Below are positions 61,620 through 64,000 of a stretch of DNA of 64,000 bases, in pieces; the first letter of the stretch is position 1, and each line of letters begins with the position of its first letter. The stretch spans positions 96,169 to 160,168 of the forward strand of contig MCFE01000128.1 of the NCBI GenBank assembly GCA_002104905.1. The letters run 5' to 3'. The translations under genes and the position numbers were made by a program. The notes below the pieces were generated by a model. It searched no databases and was not told where the DNA came from. It saw only the letters and a list, made by a program, of their open reading frames with translations. Source of the DNA: Basidiobolus meristosporus CBS 931.73 (lineage: Eukaryota; Fungi; Basidiobolomycota).

Positions 61620-62647
61620 CACATAAGTCATCACCTAGTAAAGATGTGGCTACAGGAAAGAGGCCTTTGAGATACTGTAATGGAAGAAGAAAGCCCTCCT
61701 GAAGGTGTAGATGATAAATCCATAATGTAACAAAACAAAGTACAAACCACCTTTGCCACATTTGCCTTTATGCTAGAGAAAAATTGATAATTCATTGCCC
61801 AAGAGTAGAAAAGGCAAAGAATGCCTGGAAGGCATTAAAAGACACCCACCAGTTTTACATAGAGGCTGAGAAAATGTAGTAAGGATGAATATTCTTTACA
61901 ACAAAGATGCTCCATAGCCAGGAAGTGAAAAGTCTAAACAACCAAAATACCCTGTTATTTGATGAGGTGATCAGTGTGCATGCCAACTACTAACAAGGAT
62001 GTGATAGATACCCTCCTGAGTAGTCTAACTGACAACCTTTAGAGACTTGCATTAGCACTACAACTCAGAACTTAACATTCGACTTTATATTATATGTATC
62101 AAAGGCTTTTACATGAGGAATTAAAAAAATCAAGCATCAATAAAAAGGAAGTAGAAGATGCTTTAATATGCAATTAGGGTCACCAACAGTAGCACCCAAT
62201 ACCCTTTAAATGCAGCAGTAACCTTAGTTGAAGCTTCTGCAAAAGGAGCAGACACCCAACAGACATGTACTTCAAAAGGAGAGATAATCAGCAGAAAAAT
62301 CCTGATTTTTGAAATGCTGACATTATTAAAGACTAATTACATATGCACCGGATTTGGCTAAAAATAAGGATTTGCAGATGATGTACACTGACTCTGGAGC
62401 ATCACATCACTTTGAACACCAAACAGATATGTTTACTCAATAAAGAGGAGTTCCAAGTAGGGTTTCATGGCAGACAACAAATACTTGTTACAGTTGCCAA
62501 GTAAAATAGCAGAATATGCTATGAATCTACTCAATCTGAGGCATGGTATAAAGACAAATTAAGTGCCAAGCATTTGAAAGTACTTGGTTAAACTGCATAT
62601 GTAAAGAAACCACCCAAAAATCAGACAAAATTTGAGCCAAAAAGTGT
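61620..62647 (+). mobile_element. Heavily decayed Copia A fragment, broken at its right end
   Basis: gag/protease remnants (tctggagcatcacatcac = SGASHH), internal deletion, then integrase C-terminus ..NQTKFEPKSV, matching 23500-23600 and ending at 62647. Confidence 0.75.
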
Positions 62648-62663
62648 TAGGGGTTAGGGGGGG
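62647..62663 (+). repeat. Internal telomere-like seed TTAGGG-G-TTAGGG-GGGG
   Basis: Read directly at 62647-62663, exactly at the Copia/LINE junction. Confidence 0.85.
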
Positions 62664-63775
62664 AGACAGTCACCAACAGGTGAAATCTTTATTTCAGTTG
62701 AAACAAAGAAGCCAGCGCTACTGTTGTAGCTTTGATACAAGAGTGTGTAGCTGAGGAGAATTTGTAGGTAAGTTAATAAGAAGTGATGATAGTTCTTCAG
62801 TGCTCAAGACACTGTTCAGTGGGAAGGGGGGTAGCAAGAGAGGTAAGAATGACTTGTGAACAACATTAATGAGGGGAATGTGATAAGGATTGATATTCAT
62901 CATAAAGGGAGTGTGCTGCTGCAGATATTGCTGCCAAAGGTCTGTCAAGTACTTCAGGTAGGCCAGCTTGGGTTTTTCTGACTGCAGAATATAGTGAGCA
63001 AACTTCTTGACTTCAGGATCTCCAAGTATAGTTCTCCAGCAGGAGTCAGGTGTTGTGTGGTGTGTTCTCTTCCAGGCCTTAATCAGTGGGTTGTTGCAGT
63101 TGTGAAGTCTGAGGTATAATCTGGTTCTAAGGTAGAGAAGTCTGATCTTATAGGGCATAAACCCAAAAGCACCAAGAATAGCATGTCTGTAGGGGCATTC
63201 AGGCAAATGAGGCACCAAGGAGGTAATGCACCATACTGCAAACTTGTCAAGCTTAGTGCAGTCTCTAGAAGTAAGAGAGAGAAGTGGTAAGCCAAACTCC
63301 AGGAGAGGGAAGACAAACTGCTTGAGTAGAAGGAGGCAGCTGGGAGCTGAAGTTGTAGGAGGGGTAACAGCCAGTAGCTTGTGGAGTGCCTGTCTTGCCA
63401 GGATAATTCTCTTCTTCAGGTGTGCTCCAGAGTCTAGTCCAGTAGGAAGGAAAGGAAAGCCAAGATATGTAGCAGAAACCTGAGCAGGTAGAGTGGAGTT
63501 CTCCAAGTTGATAGGAGAGCCCAAAGGTACTGTCTTTGCAATGGAAAGCTGGAGATTATTCTTCTGCAGATACTGCTGGATGGTCTGGGAGTCTTGTTGC
63601 ACATTGGAGGAGGATATTCTGATGTCATCAGCAAAGAGAGTAACCAGGCAGTCAGCTGAGAGTCTTGGGAAATCATTCAGGAAGATGGCAAACAGTATAG
63701 GACCAAGCACAGAGCCTTGAACCACTCCATTAGGAACTGAGAACACAGCTGATTGCTCACTTGGGTGCAGAATTC
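62664..63775 (-). mobile_element. 5'-truncated non-LTR (LINE-type) retrotransposon at the chromosome terminus
   Basis: Frame open from the telomere junction to TAG at 62718-62720: GVVQGSVLGPILF, LFADD, NNLQLSIAKT, TYLG, LKQFVFPLLEFG. 54-nt 3' UTR with AATAAA (62688-62693), no poly(A). Confidence 0.9.
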
Positions 63776-64000
63776 TTAGGGTTAGGGTTAGGGTTAGGGT
63801 TAGGGTTAGGGTTAGGGTTAGGGTTAGGGTTAGGGTTAGGGTTAGGGTTAGGGTTAGGGTTAGGGTTAGGGTTAGGGTTAGGGTTAGGGTTAGGGTTAGG
63901 GTTAGGGTTAGGGTTAGGGTTAGGGTTAGGGTTAGGGTTAGGGTTAGGGTTAGGGTTAGGGTTAGGGTTAGGGTTAGGGTTAGGGTTAGGGTTAGGGTTA
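63776..64000 (+). repeat. Telomere (TTAGGG)n
   Basis: 37.5 perfect repeats running to the end of the window, G-rich strand on plus. Confidence 0.99.

Noticed and set aside
62718-63775. Terminal element as a Penelope-like (Athena/Coprina) or telomerase-type RT
   Set aside because: QGSVLGP, FADD, L.LS..KT, YLG and the P.LE.G thumb motif are LINE-type; only the position and polarity resemble those elements.
63746-64000. RT frame stays open into the telomere as (Leu-Thr)n
   Set aside because: One of three C-strand frames is CTA-ACC by arithmetic; there is no ATG or promoter, so no evidence of a fusion protein.

Overview
Right-hand end of a fungal chromosome, finishing in 225 nt of perfect (TTAGGG)n (63776-64000). 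Gene content and short GT-AG introns suggest an early-diverging fungus; a Basidiobolus-like identity is my unverified guess. Three zones. (1) 1-28.6 kb: CpG-depleted block of nested transposon relics, with two Ty1/Copia families, Ty3/Gypsy pieces, and a CACTA/EnSpm-type DNA transposon with CCCTA termini that carries a second, unidentified gene. (2) 29.5-49 kb: compact CpG-rich housekeeping cluster (GOT1, PEX12, MET13/MTHFR, NOL11/Utp8-like, RTF2, two PPR genes, an alpha/beta hydrolase, cytosolic AsnRS). (3) 50-64 kb: subtelomere with small secreted-protein genes, a tRNA-Leu(CAG), three pseudogenes (fascin-like beta-trefoil, bacterial-type solute-binding protein, DJ-1/Hsp31), a 470-bp foldback and Copia relics. 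The most striking feature is the terminal 1.1 kb: an uninterrupted, CpG-free, 5'-truncated LINE-type reverse transcriptase fragment. Its 3' end is joined through a short TTAGGG seed to a broken Copia, and its 5' end is capped directly by the telomere. This looks like a telomere-attaching retrotransposon recorded in the act of extending a healed chromosome end. All calls come from reading the sequence; no database searches were run.
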